Source of the DNA: an uncultured Gemmataceae bacterium
GTDB lineage: Bacteria; Planctomycetota; Planctomycetia; Gemmatales; Gemmataceae
Length of the DNA stretch: 64,000 nucleotides
Assembly (NCBI GenBank): GCA_963750165.1
Contig: CAVVPN010000003.1
Coordinates: 544,001 to 608,000 of the forward strand
Direction of reading: 5' to 3'
Translations under genes and position numbers: made by a program
Notes under the pieces: generated by a model
Database searches by the model: none
What the model was told of the DNA's origin: nothing
Seen by the model: only the letters and a program-made list of their open reading frames with translations
Part shown: one piece after another, positions 50,158-61,176 of the stretch
Position numbering within the stretch: position 1 is the stretch's first letter
Layout: each line of letters opens with the position of its first letter

Positions 50158-53100
50158 ATGCGACGCTGTTTCCTGGCCGTTTTGCTCTGCCTGGCCCCCG
50201 CCCTGCTCACCCTGACCGCCCAGCAAGCACCCCAGCTGCCGCCCGATCACGCCGCGCATCGCGCGCAGTCGCGAGCTGTTTACCAAACAGGTGCGGCCCA
50301 TCCTGGTGGACAACTGCCTGAAGTGCCACGGCGCCGGCAAAATTCGCGGTGACCTTGACCTGAGTACGCGCGAAACGCTGTTGCAGGCCGGCAACCAGGC
50401 CCCGGTGGTCCCCGGCAAGGCGAAGGCGAGCAAGCTCTATCGCCTCATCACGCACCAGGACAAACCGCACATGCCCGCCCAAGGGCCGAAGCTCAAAGAT
50501 GAGCAGATCGCTCGCATCGCCGAGTGGATCGATCTTGGCGCTGCCTACGACAGGCCGCTCGTCGAGAAGAAGGTTGCGGCCAGCAAGAAGCCGATGACGG
50601 TCACCGACGAGGACCGCAAATTCTGGTCGTTCCAGCCCCTGAAGCTCAGTCCGCCGCCGAACGTGCAGAAGCCGGACTGGTGCCGCACGCCCGTGGACCG
50701 CTTCATCCTGGCGAAGCTCGAAGCAAAGCAGCTGACCCCCAACCCGGAGCTGGACCGGCGCGGGCTGCTGCGGCGGGCGTACTTCGATTTGCTCGGGCTG
50801 CCGCCGACGCCCGCGGAGGTGGAGGCGTTCCTCGCCGACAAATCCGCCGACGCTTACGAAAAGCTGATCGACCGGCTGCTGGCGTCGCCGCACCACGGCG
50901 AGCGCTGGGCGCGGCACTGGCTGGACCTGGCCCGCTTCGCCGAGAGCAGCGGTTACGAGCACGACTACGACCGGCCCTTCGCGTACCACTACCGCGACTT
51001 CGTCATCAAGGCGTTCAACCAGGATTTGCCGTATGACAACTTCGTGAAGTGGCAGATCGCCGGCGACGAGTACGAGCCGGACAACCCGCTGGCCATGATG
51101 GCGACCGGCTTCCTCGCAGCCGGCACGCACAGCACGCAGACCACCATCAGCCTGGTCGAGAAGGAGCGCTACGAGCAACTCGACGACAAGCTGCGGACGC
51201 TGGGTACGGCCTTCCTCGGCCTGACGGTCGGCTGCGCCCGCTGCCACGACCACAAGTACGACCCCATCCCGACGCGCGACTATTACCGCATGCTCGCGAC
51301 GTTCACGACCACGGTGAAGTCCAACATCGACGTGAACCTCGACCCCGTGGGCTACAAGCAAGCCCTGGCGAAACACGAGGCGGCGCGGACGCCGCTGCTG
51401 GCGGAACTGGAGCGGTACGAGCGCGGATCGCTGGCGGCGAAATTCGACCGCTGGCTGCAGGACACCAGGGCCACGCCGACGGCGACCTGGCTGGTGCTGG
51501 AACCGCTCAGCAGCAAGTCGCAGGGCGGCGCCACGTTCACGAAGCAGGACGACGGCTCGTTGCTGGTCGGTGGCGCCAACCCGGATCAGGATACCTACAC
51601 CTTTGTGGTCCGCACGACGCAGCAGAAGATCACTGCCGTGCGGCTGGAGGCGCTGGCGCACGCGGCGCTGGTCAAGGGCGGTCCCGGCCGGGCGGCCAAC
51701 GGCAACTTCGCGCTGACCGACTTCCGCGTGCTGGCAGCGCCGCTGGACCAGGGCGTCAAGCCGCTACCGGTGAAGCTGGTCAAGGCCCGTGCGACGTTCG
51801 AGCAAAAGGGGCTGCCGGTCGCGGCGGCCATCGACGCCGACAAGAAGTCCGGCTGGGCGGTCGATCCGCAGTTCGGCCGCAATCACGCCGCGGTCTTCGA
51901 GGCGGCGGCCCCGTTCGGCTACCCCGGCGGCACCGAATTGACCATCGTGCTGGAGTTCCGGCACGCCAGTAAGAAGCACGCCATCGCCCGCCCGCGGCTG
52001 GCGCTGAGCACGCAGCCGGCGCCAGCCCTCGACGGTGCCGCTCTGCCCGAAAACGTCGCCAGTTCGCTGAAAAAACGTGGCGATGGCCTGGCGCTCAACC
52101 CCACGGAGAAGGCCGCCGTGTTTCGCTGGTGGCGGACGACGGACGCAAGCTGGCGGCAGTTGCAACGGCGTGTGCAGGAGCACGCGCGGCAGGCGCCGCG
52201 GCCGACGGTGACGAAAGTGCTGGTCGCCAGTGAGGGCGTGCCGCCGCTGCGCATGCACAGCCAGGGGGCGGACTTCTTCGACAAGACCTACTTCCTGAAG
52301 CGCGGCGATGTGGACCAGAAGGACGGCGAGGCGGCGCCCGGCTTCCTGCAGGTGCTGACGCGCGCCGCCGACGCCGAGACGCGCTGGAAGCAGACGCCGC
52401 CGCCGGGTTGCCGCACCTCGTATCGGCGGCGGGCGCTGGCGGAATGGATCACCGACACCGAGAAGGGGGCTGGCCATCTGCTGGCGCGCGTCATCGTCAA
52501 CCGGCTGTGGCAGCACCACCTCGGCCGTGGCATCGTCGGCACGCCGAGCGACTTCGGCTTCCAGGGCGAGGCGCCGACGCACCCCGAGTTGCTCGACTAC
52601 CTGGCGCACCAACTCATCAAGAACGGCTGGCGGCTCAAGCCGATTCACAAGCTCATCATGACCAGCGCTGTCTATCGGCAGAGTTCGGCCGTGAACCCGG
52701 CGAATGTCAAGATCGACAGCCAGAATCATTATTTCTGGCACCGGCCGCGGCTGCGGTTGGAGGCCGAAATCCTCCGCGACAGTCTGCTCGCAGTCAGCGG
52801 CCGGCTAGACCCGAAGCTGTACGGTCCCGGCACGCTGGACGTGAGCCATACGCGGCGGTCGATTTACTTCTTCGTCAAGCGCAGCAAGCTGATCCCGTCG
52901 ATGGTGCTGTTCGACGCCCCGGACGCGCTGGGCGGCATGGAGCGACGGCCGCAGACGACCGTGGCGCCACAGGCGCTGTGGCTGCTCAACGATGAACAGG
53001 TGCGCCGTTGTGCCGACGCCCTGGCGCAGCGCGTGCGGCCGAAGGAGGGCGTGCCGGCAGCGGAAGTGGTGCGGACGGCGTATGGACTGTCGCTGGCGCG

Positions 53101-53257
53101 GCCGCCGAGCGCCGAGGAACTGGCGGTTGGGGTGGCGTTTCTGGACGAGCAAACGAAGTCGTATCAGGAGGCGGGACGGGCCAACGCGGCCCAGCTGGCG
53201 ACCGGGGATTTTTGTCAGGCGCTGCTGGGGTTGAACGAGTTCATGTATGTGGATTAG
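50158..53257 (+). CDS. PSD1 / planctomycete cytochrome c protein (PSCyt1, DUF1549, DUF1553); frameshift ~50260
   Basis: Signal peptide, CLKCH, GERWARHWLDLARFAES, CARCHDHKYDP, ARVIVNRLWQHHLGRG. Confidence 0.92.
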
Positions 53258-53500
53258 CCACCGTGCTCCAGCCAGAGACCGTGGTGTTGCCGACGATTTG
53301 CCCCGTGGTCGGATTGAGCGTGGTGAGGTAGGGGGTAAAAGTGCCGTTGTAAATCTGAATGTTGCCGTTGCCATCCACGATGATGCCGCGGGGGTCCGTG
53401 TCGCCGGGAGCCCGGGTGTAGTGCAACGTCTGGACGAGTTGCCCGCTGGTGGTGAACTCTTGAATGCGGCCGGTCGAGGAGTTTATCCCATCGGCCACCA
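53255..53500 (-). pseudogene. Internal fragment of a secreted beta-propeller protein
   Basis: RIQEFTTSGQLVQTL...PRGIIVDGNGNIQIYNGTFTPYL; no own start, runs into PSD1 3' end. Confidence 0.5.
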
Positions 53501-53868
53501 AGCAGCGGCGGCACTGGCGGGGCATGAACGCGAAGGTCCGCTGCACCCGCTCGGGCGGCAGGAGTTGTTTCAACCGTGGCGGGTGGCCGGGCTGTCCGCC
53601 GGGGCGGCGCCGCGACTGCTTCTTGACCACGGGCTTGGGTGCCCCGAGCGGGTTGGCCGAAGGCGGCGTGCCGGAGTTGGTGGCGTTGGTGCCCAGGCGC
53701 GCGCGGAGGTCACGCACGGCCGCCTCCAGTTCGGCGACGCGCCGCGCCAGCGTGGCGATCTGTTCGTCACGCTCCCGACAACCAGGACAAGTCGCCTCCG
53801 TAGCCATGACGACATCATAGGAAATCGGCAAGGGAGTTGGTGCGCCTCATTGTCGGGTGAACGGTTAC
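53500..53868 (-). mobile_element. Truncated IS66-family element (left end + TnpC N-terminus)
   Basis: Terminal GTAACCGTTCACC at 53868; CPGC..RVAELEA..RL..NATNSGTPPS..RRPGGQPGH..CRRC. Confidence 0.8.
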
Positions 53869-54135
53869 GATTGCTTAATGGGATTTCCAGCCGAATCAAG
53901 AACCTGGACCGAACCGGCTGGAAGCGTGAGTTCGCTGGTCGATGCCACGGTCACAGTGCTCGACGGCAGAACATGAAAACCACTCACCTTCCCGCCATCC
54001 ACCTTAATGGTAAGCAAGTGCATCATGTTGATCGGTGGCAGCGCGACGGTTTCCGTTGTGCTGCCAACAGTACGGGTGATGACATCGCCTGTCTTGAATG
54101 CGCTCTGCGCCACACTGCGAATCTCCAATCCTCCG

Positions 54136-54378
54136 TCAAACCGCCGATTCCGGTTCAATCATCCCCACCACCTGCCCCGCCACCAACCCGTCCCCCATCC
54201 GCGCCAGCCGCTCCACCACCCGGCCCGTCGCCGGCGCCGCCACGCCGAACGTCGCCCCTGGCACCTCCACCTCCAGCACCAGGTCGCCCTCGTACACGAA
54301 GTCCCCAACGGTGACGAACCAGGTGCACAGCGTCACCCACGGCACGCCCAGCTCAGGCAACAGGATGGGCGTCGGCAT
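54136..54378 (-). CDS. Stand-alone lipoyl/biotinyl-like domain lacking the acceptor Lys
   Basis: LPELG..WFVTVGDFVYEGDLVLEVEVPGATFGVAAPATGRV. Confidence 0.8.
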   Translation of the reverse strand: MPTPILLPELGVPWVTLCTWFVTVGDFVYEGDLVLEVEVPGATFGVAAPATGRVVERLARMGDGLVAGQVVGMIEPESAV

Positions 54379-55258
54379 GGTAATCCACCAGTTCGTCGGC
54401 GTGGTAACTGGAACGTACGAACGGCCCGGCCGACACTTTCTTGAAGCCCAGCGACCGCGCCAGCGCCGCCAGCCCGTCGAACTCCGCCGGCGGCAGGTAG
54501 CGCACCACCGGCACGTGTTTCAGCGTCGGCGTCAGGTACTGGCCCAGTGTCAGCATGTCGCAGGCCACCGCCCGCAGGTCCGCCAGCACGTCCAGCAATT
54601 CCTCCGTCGTCTCGCCCAGGCCGAGCATCAACCCCGTCTTCGTGAGCAGCCGCGGCTTGCGGCGCTTGACGTGGGCCAGCAAATCCAGACTGCGCTGGTA
54701 GTCCGCCCGGCCGCGCACCTTTTTGTAGAAGCGCGGCACCGTTTCCATGTTGTGATTGTAGACTTCCGGCTCCGCCTGCAGCACACGGTCAATCGCGGCG
54801 GTGTCGCCCAGGAAGTCCGGCGTCAGCACTTCCACCGCAGCCCCGGTGCGCTGCCGCACCGCCACGACGCAGCGGTAAAAATGGTCCGCGCCGCCATCGG
54901 GCAGATCGTCGCGCGTCACGGAGGTGATGACGACGTGCTTCAGCCCCAGCCGGGCGGACGCCTCGGCGACGCGGGCCGGCTCGTCATCCTCGACCGACTC
55001 GGGCACGCCGCGCGGCACCGAGCAGAAGCCGCAGGGCCGCGTGCAGACGTTGCCGAGGATCATGAACGTGGCGGTACGGCGAGCGTAGCACTCCGGCCGG
55101 TTGGGGCAGCGGGCGTTCTCGCACACCGTCTCCAGCCGCAGCTCGCGCAGCAGGTCGTGCGTAAAGAAGTTTTCGTTGCCGGCCGGCAGCGGCCGCTTGA
55201 GCCAGGACGGCAGGCGGCGTGGACTGGGCAGCGCATCAAGGACGGGCAGAGCACGCAT
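54353..55258 (-). CDS. lipA: Lipoyl synthase
   Basis: CENARCPNRPEC, CTRPCGFC, VRSSYHA. Confidence 0.95.
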   Translation of the reverse strand: MRALPVLDALPSPRRLPSWLKRPLPAGNENFFTHDLLRELRLETVCENARCPNRPECYARRTATFMILGNVCTRPCGFCSVPRGVPESVEDDEPARVAEASARLGLKHVVITSVTRDDLPDGGADHFYRCVVAVRQRTGAAVEVLTPDFLGDTAAIDRVLQAEPEVYNHNMETVPRFYKKVRGRADYQRSLDLLAHVKRRKPRLLTKTGLMLGLGETTEELLDVLADLRAVACDMLTLGQYLTPTLKHVPVVRYLPPAEFDGLAALARSLGFKKVSAGPFVRSSYHADELVDYHADAHPVA

Positions 55259-55997
55259 CGGCGGCGGCCTTTCGACGGAGCGACAGGTGGTTGGTAAACA
55301 GGTGCGTCTCGGTAAACCCGAGGCGGGCGCTCACCAACTCGATGATGCGCTGGCGGACCAGCGCCGGCCGCACCGGGCCGCGCCGCTCACGCTCCAGCGA
55401 GGTCATCGGCGGCTCGCCGGCGCCCCCGCAGCGCACCAGGCGGAATGGAGTTAAAGCGGGGTTGATGTTGAGGACGATACCAGAGAAGGTGACCCAGCCG
55501 CGCACCGCCACGCCCACGTCGGCGAGCAGCCGATCCTGCACCCAGACGCCCGGCCGCCCGGGGCGAGTGGCTCCGGTCAGGCCCAGATCGTCCAGCAGCG
55601 CCAGGATCACGTCCTGCAGGCGCTCCAGGTAAGCGGGCAGGGACAGGCCGAGTTGGTCGAGCGCGACCACGGGGTAGACCGCCAACTGGCCGGGCTGGTG
55701 CAGCACACAACCGCCGCCGCGGTTGACCCAGCGCACGCGCCACTGCCGGGCGCGCAGTTCGTCGGGGCCGCACAGGATGTGGGCGTGACTGCCCTGACGA
55801 CCGACAGTAATCAGCGGTGGGTGTTCGCACAGCAGCAGGGCGCCGCGACGGCGGTCGCCGGCCACCTCAAAGGCCAGCCGCCGCTGCAATGCCTGTGCAT
55901 CCTCGAACGGCAATGTGCCGAGCAGATACGCCTGCAGGGTGCGGGTGGCGGCCTGGGTGTCGCTCGTAGCCGGTGGCAGGGGTGAGGGATCAAGCAC
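55236..55997 (-). CDS. lipB: Divergent lipoyl(octanoyl) transferase
   Basis: LLLCEHPPLITVGR, RGGGCVLHQPGQLAVYP, GVWV, RCG. Confidence 0.8.
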   Translation of the reverse strand: MLDPSPLPPATSDTQAATRTLQAYLLGTLPFEDAQALQRRLAFEVAGDRRRGALLLCEHPPLITVGRQGSHAHILCGPDELRARQWRVRWVNRGGGCVLHQPGQLAVYPVVALDQLGLSLPAYLERLQDVILALLDDLGLTGATRPGRPGVWVQDRLLADVGVAVRGWVTFSGIVLNINPALTPFRLVRCGGAGEPPMTSLERERRGPVRPALVRQRIIELVSARLGFTETHLFTNHLSLRRKAAADACSARP

Positions 55998-56352
55998 GTC
56001 CGTTCGGTCCTGATTACAGTTTCCTGGTGCGGGCGGCGCCGGTAGAATGTGGGCAACAGGCGCTGTCCTGAAGTACATTGGTGATTAATGTAGCAACGGG
56101 CGCGGCGGGCGGACAAGCGCAATCCGCAGGGGCCGGCGCCCGGGCAGACTGGGGCGGGTGCGAAAACTCGGGCCGGAGTGCCGGTCACCACAACCGTCGG
56201 GGCGACCCTCGGCGAGCGGCCGGGAAAAAATGGGCGGCGTCGCCAGCCGGGCCGGGCCATAATGAAGTGTGCTTACCCCACGGGCGCCGTCGCCCGAATG
56301 CGCCCGAGCCGAGACCGCTTCCACTTTGCCACGCGCACCGGAGGGTTGGACC

Positions 56353-58113
56353 ATGAACATCCTGAAGCCGTCGCACCGGTTACCCTGGGCCGTAGGAACG
56401 CTGTTGTTGGTGCTGGCGGTCAGCCGCGGCGTTGCTCAGCTGCCGGAAACGACAGGCGATCCCGTGGAGGATTTGCGCCTGGCGCTGGCCGTCTACGTGG
56501 GCGATGACAAGGAAGACGCGCTGAAGGTCCGCAAGGAAAAGTTGCTCAAAAAAGCGGCGGCCCTGAAGACGCTCGGCCAGTTGCGCAAGGCACTGAGTAT
56601 GACTGAGTGGAAAGACACCACCGGCATTTCGATTCCCCTGCAAGAGGTGGACCGCGAGGTGCGCAAGTCCATCGGCGACCGCCTGACGGCGGGCATTGAG
56701 GCGGTGGCTGCCAAAGGCGAGCCGGCTTACAAGGTCGCGGTGGCCACCATGGTCGGCGAGATGGGGGCAACAGTGCGCAGCACCGACCCGAAGGATCTCG
56801 GCGGCTTCGCCCGCAGTCTGGCCCCGACGCTCATCAAGCTGAGCCGGGATCCGGACCCGGCGGTGCGCGTGGCCGCGGTGGCGGCCCTGGGCAAGATCAA
56901 CCCGGCCCCCACGCCAGTGGTGGACGCTCTGAAAGCGCGGCTTAGCAAGGACGACGCGCCGCAGCGGCGCGCCGCGGCCGACGCCCTGCTCAACCTGGTC
57001 CGCACCGTCTACCAGTTGCAAAAGAGCCAGTCGCGCGGCGGCATTGAGGTCGAGCCCGGCGATGTGGTCGCCGCCGCCGCCGCGGTGGTGCCGCTGGCGG
57101 CCCAGGCTCTGAACGACCCGGACGTGTACGTGCGCCGCTTCAGCCAGGATGCCTTGTTGCAGTCCGTCTCCGCGCTGAACGAACTGGTCCCGCAGCCGTT
57201 CAAGGCCGCTGATTTTCCGTCCCGTGACCGGCCCTGGTCGGACGACGAGATCAAGGATTACCTGGACAAGGCCAAGGAGGTTCTGAACCGGGAAGCGACG
57301 CTGCAACCGCTCGTCAATGCGCTGCAGAAGCAGGGGCCGGCGCTGGCGAAATCGCTCGTCGATCCGGACCTGCAGGTGCGCGTGCTGGCGCGGCGGACGC
57401 TGGAGACGACGGCCCTGGGCCGGTTGCGGATGCGGCAACTGGCGGCCAGCATCCCGTCGCGGCCGGACGGGCCGAAGTTCGACGCGCTGGTCAACGATCG
57501 CCTGTTCGCCACAGTGCGGCCGGGCATGGAGGTGATCGCTCACCGGATGAGCGACCCGGACGTGCGTGTGCGGCGGGCATCGATTGATTTTCTGGAGACG
57601 CTGGAAGACGCGGCCGCGCCGGCGGTGCCGCGGCTGGCCCAGGCTTTGGAGGACCGAGACCGCTTCGTGCGCTGGTCGGCGGCGCGGGCACTGGGCCGCG
57701 TCGGCCCGGTGCAGACAGACATAACGGTGCCGCGGCTGGCGCAGCTGGTGGGCGATAGCGATCTGGACGTGAGCCAGGCCGCGTCCTCGACGTTGGAGCG
57801 CTACGGGCTGGCCGCCCGGTCGGCGGTGCCGGCGCTGGTGCGCTACCTCACCGTGCGCCGCGACGCAGATGTGCGCGTCGCCATCATTTACGCGCTGGTG
57901 AGCGCGGGCAGCAAGGACGGCCCATCGGTCGTGCCGGCGCTGGCGGCGGCGCTGACGGACCCGGAAGTGCGGCTGCGGCGAACCGCCGCGGAGGCGCTGG
58001 GGCATTTCGGTACCTCCGCCCTCCCCGCCGAGCCTGCCCTGCGGCGCAGCCTGTATGACGAGGATCCCGACGTGCGCCGCGCGGCCAGCGATGCCCTGCT
58101 GAGCATCAAGTAG
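56353..58113 (+). CDS. Secreted HEAT-repeat protein
   Basis: Signal peptide; repeated L.DPD..VR..AA.ALG. Confidence 0.88.
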   Translation: MNILKPSHRLPWAVGTLLLVLAVSRGVAQLPETTGDPVEDLRLALAVYVGDDKEDALKVRKEKLLKKAAALKTLGQLRKALSMTEWKDTTGISIPLQEVDREVRKSIGDRLTAGIEAVAAKGEPAYKVAVATMVGEMGATVRSTDPKDLGGFARSLAPTLIKLSRDPDPAVRVAAVAALGKINPAPTPVVDALKARLSKDDAPQRRAAADALLNLVRTVYQLQKSQSRGGIEVEPGDVVAAAAAVVPLAAQALNDPDVYVRRFSQDALLQSVSALNELVPQPFKAADFPSRDRPWSDDEIKDYLDKAKEVLNREATLQPLVNALQKQGPALAKSLVDPDLQVRVLARRTLETTALGRLRMRQLAASIPSRPDGPKFDALVNDRLFATVRPGMEVIAHRMSDPDVRVRRASIDFLETLEDAAAPAVPRLAQALEDRDRFVRWSAARALGRVGPVQTDITVPRLAQLVGDSDLDVSQAASSTLERYGLAARSAVPALVRYLTVRRDADVRVAIIYALVSAGSKDGPSVVPALAAALTDPEVRLRRTAAEALGHFGTSALPAEPALRRSLYDEDPDVRRAASDALLSIK

Positions 58114-58135
58114 CCGGCTCCGTTCGAGGTTGGTC

Positions 58136-58190
58136 GGAGCCCGAGCGCCAGCGAGGGGCACATTCGCTACCTCGCTGGCGCTCGGGCTCC
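58136..58190. repeat. REP-like palindrome between convergent genes
   Basis: GGAGCCCGAGCGCCAGCGAGG...CCTCGCTGGCGCTCGGGCTCC, perfect 21-bp arms. Confidence 0.85.
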
Positions 58191-58206
58191 AACCCATACC
58201 CTTCTC

Positions 58207-59220
58207 TCACACCTCCCGTCCCTTGTACAACTGCTTGCCCAGCACCGGGTCGCGCGCCGTGAAGTCGCCCGCCTCCTTATCGCGCGTCAGGCAGCGCACG
58301 TACATCTCCAGCTTGGCGTCGAGGTCGTCGGCGTGGTGGATGATGAGCGCCTCCGGCACCAGTGGCAACCGCGGTGAGCCCCACTCCGGCAGCGTCAGGT
58401 GCGTCACGATGATGTGCTCCAGCAGTTGCAGCAGTTCCGGGTTGAGGTCGGGCACCTCGCGGGCGGCGTCGCGCACCAGGTCGCGCCCCAAAAACAGATG
58501 GCCGAACAGCCGGCCCGGCACCGTCTGCAGCACCGCCACGGGGTCGTCCGTGAACTCCGCGACGCGGCCGAGGTCGTGCAGGATCGCGGCCGCCACCACC
58601 AGATCGCGGTTCAGCGGCGGTTGCAACTCCGTGTAGCGCGCGGCGTACGTCTCGACCAGGTTCAGGCTGATGTGCGTGACCGACAGCAGGTGTTCGAGCA
58701 GGCCGCCGCAGAACGGGTAGAAGTTGCGCTGCGTCGCCGGCAGCCGCTTGAGCGGTTCGGCGTGGCGCTCCAGCAACGTCAGCACCAGCCGGCGCAACGG
58801 TTCGTCGGCGATGTGCTTCTCCGCCAGGTTGCGCACCTCGGTGAGCATCGCGTCGCTGTCGTAGCGCGAACGTTCCACCAGGTCCGCCGGGTCGAAGCCG
58901 TCGGCGCGGTCGGCGTCGGTCACCGGCCGCAGGTTGTGGATGTCGATCTGCGGTCCGTAGCGCTCGTGCTCCGTGAAGGTGCCGCGGACCTTGTAGAAGT
59001 GGCCCTCATGCCAGTCCGTTTCGCACGCCTCGAACCAGGGGCCGTCCGCCCAGACCATGACGGACGCGGTACGGCGGGCGTCGCGAAAGCGGCAGGCGTA
59101 GAAGGGTTTGCCGTCGCGCGTCTGGCCGCGGGTGCGCTCGGCCAGCAGCACGAAGCAGTCGCCAGACTGGCCGGCGGTCATTTCACTCAGGCGGGTCAGG
59201 GGCGGCTTGGCACGGACCAC
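58207..59220 (-). CDS. OB-fold + HD domain 3'-5' exoribonuclease (YhaM family)
   Basis: TRDGKPFY OB fold; GGLLEH, ILHDLGR, IIVTH, HHADDLDAK. Confidence 0.85.
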   Translation of the reverse strand: MVRAKPPLTRLSEMTAGQSGDCFVLLAERTRGQTRDGKPFYACRFRDARRTASVMVWADGPWFEACETDWHEGHFYKVRGTFTEHERYGPQIDIHNLRPVTDADRADGFDPADLVERSRYDSDAMLTEVRNLAEKHIADEPLRRLVLTLLERHAEPLKRLPATQRNFYPFCGGLLEHLLSVTHISLNLVETYAARYTELQPPLNRDLVVAAAILHDLGRVAEFTDDPVAVLQTVPGRLFGHLFLGRDLVRDAAREVPDLNPELLQLLEHIIVTHLTLPEWGSPRLPLVPEALIIHHADDLDAKLEMYVRCLTRDKEAGDFTARDPVLGKQLYKGREV

Positions 59221-59240
59221 GACAGCCTCGCAAAAAAGAG

Positions 59241-59379
59241 AATCACGAAAGCACGAAAGAACGAAAACACGAAAAAGACAAGAAAAAAGAGAGGGGGACA
59301 ACCCTGCTGCCGGCCCCCTCTGATTATTTTATGTCTTTTTCGTGGTTTCGTGGTTTCGTGCTTTCGTGCTTTCGTGATT
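59241..59379. repeat. Intergenic palindrome of (CACGAAA)n / (TTTCGTG)n units
   Basis: AATCACGAAAGCACGAAAGAACGAAAACACGAAA...TTTCGTGGTTTCGTGGTTTCGTGCTTTCGTGCTTTCGTGATT. Confidence 0.85.
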
Positions 59380-59383
59380 TGTC

Positions 59384-60682
59384 TTATGCGCTCTTCTTGT
59401 CGGTGGCGGGTTTGTTCTCGAACAACGGCTGTTCGCCGCGCACCACCGCGTCGGTCACGGTGTACTTGCCTTTGTGCTCCATGTCCGGCAACTCGAACAT
59501 GATGTCCGTCATGATCTCCTCGACGATGCTGCGCAGGCCGCGGGCTCCCGTGTCGCGCTCACGGGCCTTGTGCGCGATCGCCTGCAGCGCCTGCGTCGAA
59601 AACTCCAGCTCCGCCCCCTCCATCTCGAACAGCTTCTGGTACTGCCGCACCAGCGCGTTGCGCGGCTCCGTCAGAATCTTGATGAGGGCGTCCTCGTCCA
59701 GCGGCGCCAGCGGCACCAGCACCGGCAGGCGGCCGATGAACTCCGGAATCATGCCGAACTCCAGCAGATCGTCGCTCGTCACCTGCATGAGCAATTCGCC
59801 CATCTTCTGCTCGTTCGACTGACCGCTGCCGAAGCCGAAACTGCCGCGGCCCACCCGCCGCGAAATGATGTTGTCCAGCCCGACGAAGGTGCCGCCGCAG
59901 ATGAACAGAATGTTCGTTGTATCCACCTGAATGTATTGCTGCTCGGGGTGCTTGCGGCCGCCCTGAGGCGGTACGTTGCTGACGGTGCCTTCGAGCATCT
60001 TCAGCAGCGCCTGTTGCACCCCCTCGCCGGACACGTCGCGCGTGATGCTGACGTTCTGGCTCGTCTTGGCGATCTTGTCCACCTCGTCAATGTAGACGAT
60101 GCCGCGCTGCGCCGACTCAATGTCGAAGTCGGCGGAATGCAGCAGTTTCAGCAGCAGGTTCTCCACGTCCTCGCCGACGTAGCCAGCCTCGGTCAGCGTT
60201 GTGGCGTCGCCGATGGCGAACGGCACGTCAAGGATCTTGGCCAGCGTCCGGGCCAGCAGCGTCTTGCCGCTGCCGGTCGGGCCGATCAACAGGATGTTAC
60301 TTTTGTCCACTTCCACGTCGCGGTGGCCCTCGTCACCCAGGCTGAGCCGCTTGTAGTGGTTGTGGACCGACACCGCCAGCGCCTTCTTGGCGCGGCTCTG
60401 GCCGATGACGTACTGGTCGAGTTTGTCCTTGATGGAGCGCGGCGACGGGATGTTGGTCACCAGGCTTTTGTTGACGCCGCGACGGCGTTTTTCCTGCTCG
60501 ATAATCTGCTGGCACAATTCGATGCACTCGCCGCAGATGTACACGTCGCCGGGGCCCTCCACCAGGGGCCCGACATCGCGATAACTCTTGCGACAGAAGG
60601 AACAGTAGGCATTCCGGTTCCGTCCCGTGCTGCCGGTCGGCCGTCGGCCACTGTTCCCCGCGCCGGAGTCTTTGCTCGCCAT
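59384..60682 (-). CDS. clpX: ATP-dependent Clp protease ATP-binding subunit
   Basis: CSFC zinc finger, [32 protein letters not shown]. Confidence 0.97.
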   Translation of the reverse strand: MASKDSGAGNSGRRPTGSTGRNRNAYCSFCRKSYRDVGPLVEGPGDVYICGECIELCQQIIEQEKRRRGVNKSLVTNIPSPRSIKDKLDQYVIGQSRAKKALAVSVHNHYKRLSLGDEGHRDVEVDKSNILLIGPTGSGKTLLARTLAKILDVPFAIGDATTLTEAGYVGEDVENLLLKLLHSADFDIESAQRGIVYIDEVDKIAKTSQNVSITRDVSGEGVQQALLKMLEGTVSNVPPQGGRKHPEQQYIQVDTTNILFICGGTFVGLDNIISRRVGRGSFGFGSGQSNEQKMGELLMQVTSDDLLEFGMIPEFIGRLPVLVPLAPLDEDALIKILTEPRNALVRQYQKLFEMEGAELEFSTQALQAIAHKARERDTGARGLRSIVEEIMTDIMFELPDMEHKGKYTVTDAVVRGEQPLFENKPATDKKSA

Positions 60683-60894
60683 TCCATCTCCTTCGCTCAC
60701 GCAGGCCCGAACTCGCAGGAGGTCGGGGTCAAGGTTTTCGTTGGGCTTGCGGTTGCGGGCCCCGTCTGTCGCCGACCGCAGCGCCCCCCGGGGCGAGGCG
60801 CACTTTTGCCATTCGGCGGATTCCTGTTCCGAATTCTACGACTCCGCAGACAGGCACGCAAGCAAGAAACGCCATTGGGCCTTAAGCGCCGCGC

Positions 60895-61176
60895 TCAGGA
60901 CCGGTCCTGTCCCGCCGGCCGGTCGGCCCGCACGGCGTCCGCCGACCCGGGCGGAGGCTGTTCCCCCGTGCCGAGCGCTGCCCGGATGCGCTCCAGCTCG
61001 GCGGCGCTCAATTCGCCCTGTTCGTATAGCCGCTGGAACTGCTCCAGTTGCTCCGCGGGCGTCGGGCCGGGCGTCACCCGCTGTTTTCGCCAGTCGCGCA
61101 CGGCGCGTACCGTCAACCAGCCCGTCACCAGGGCCCCCAGGAGGATGGTCCAGGTAATCAACAGTTCCGGTGTCAT
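60895..61176 (-). CDS. TM + SHOCT domain protein
   Basis: LEQFQRLYEQGELSAAELERIRA. Confidence 0.75.
   Translation of the reverse strand: MTPELLITWTILLGALVTGWLTVRAVRDWRKQRVTPGPTPAEQLEQFQRLYEQGELSAAELERIRAALGTGEQPPPGSADAVRADRPAGQDRS

Noticed and set aside
59241..59379. CRISPR array
   Set aside because: Short inverted subrepeats without unique spacers; no CRISPR array or cas gene seen anywhere in the window
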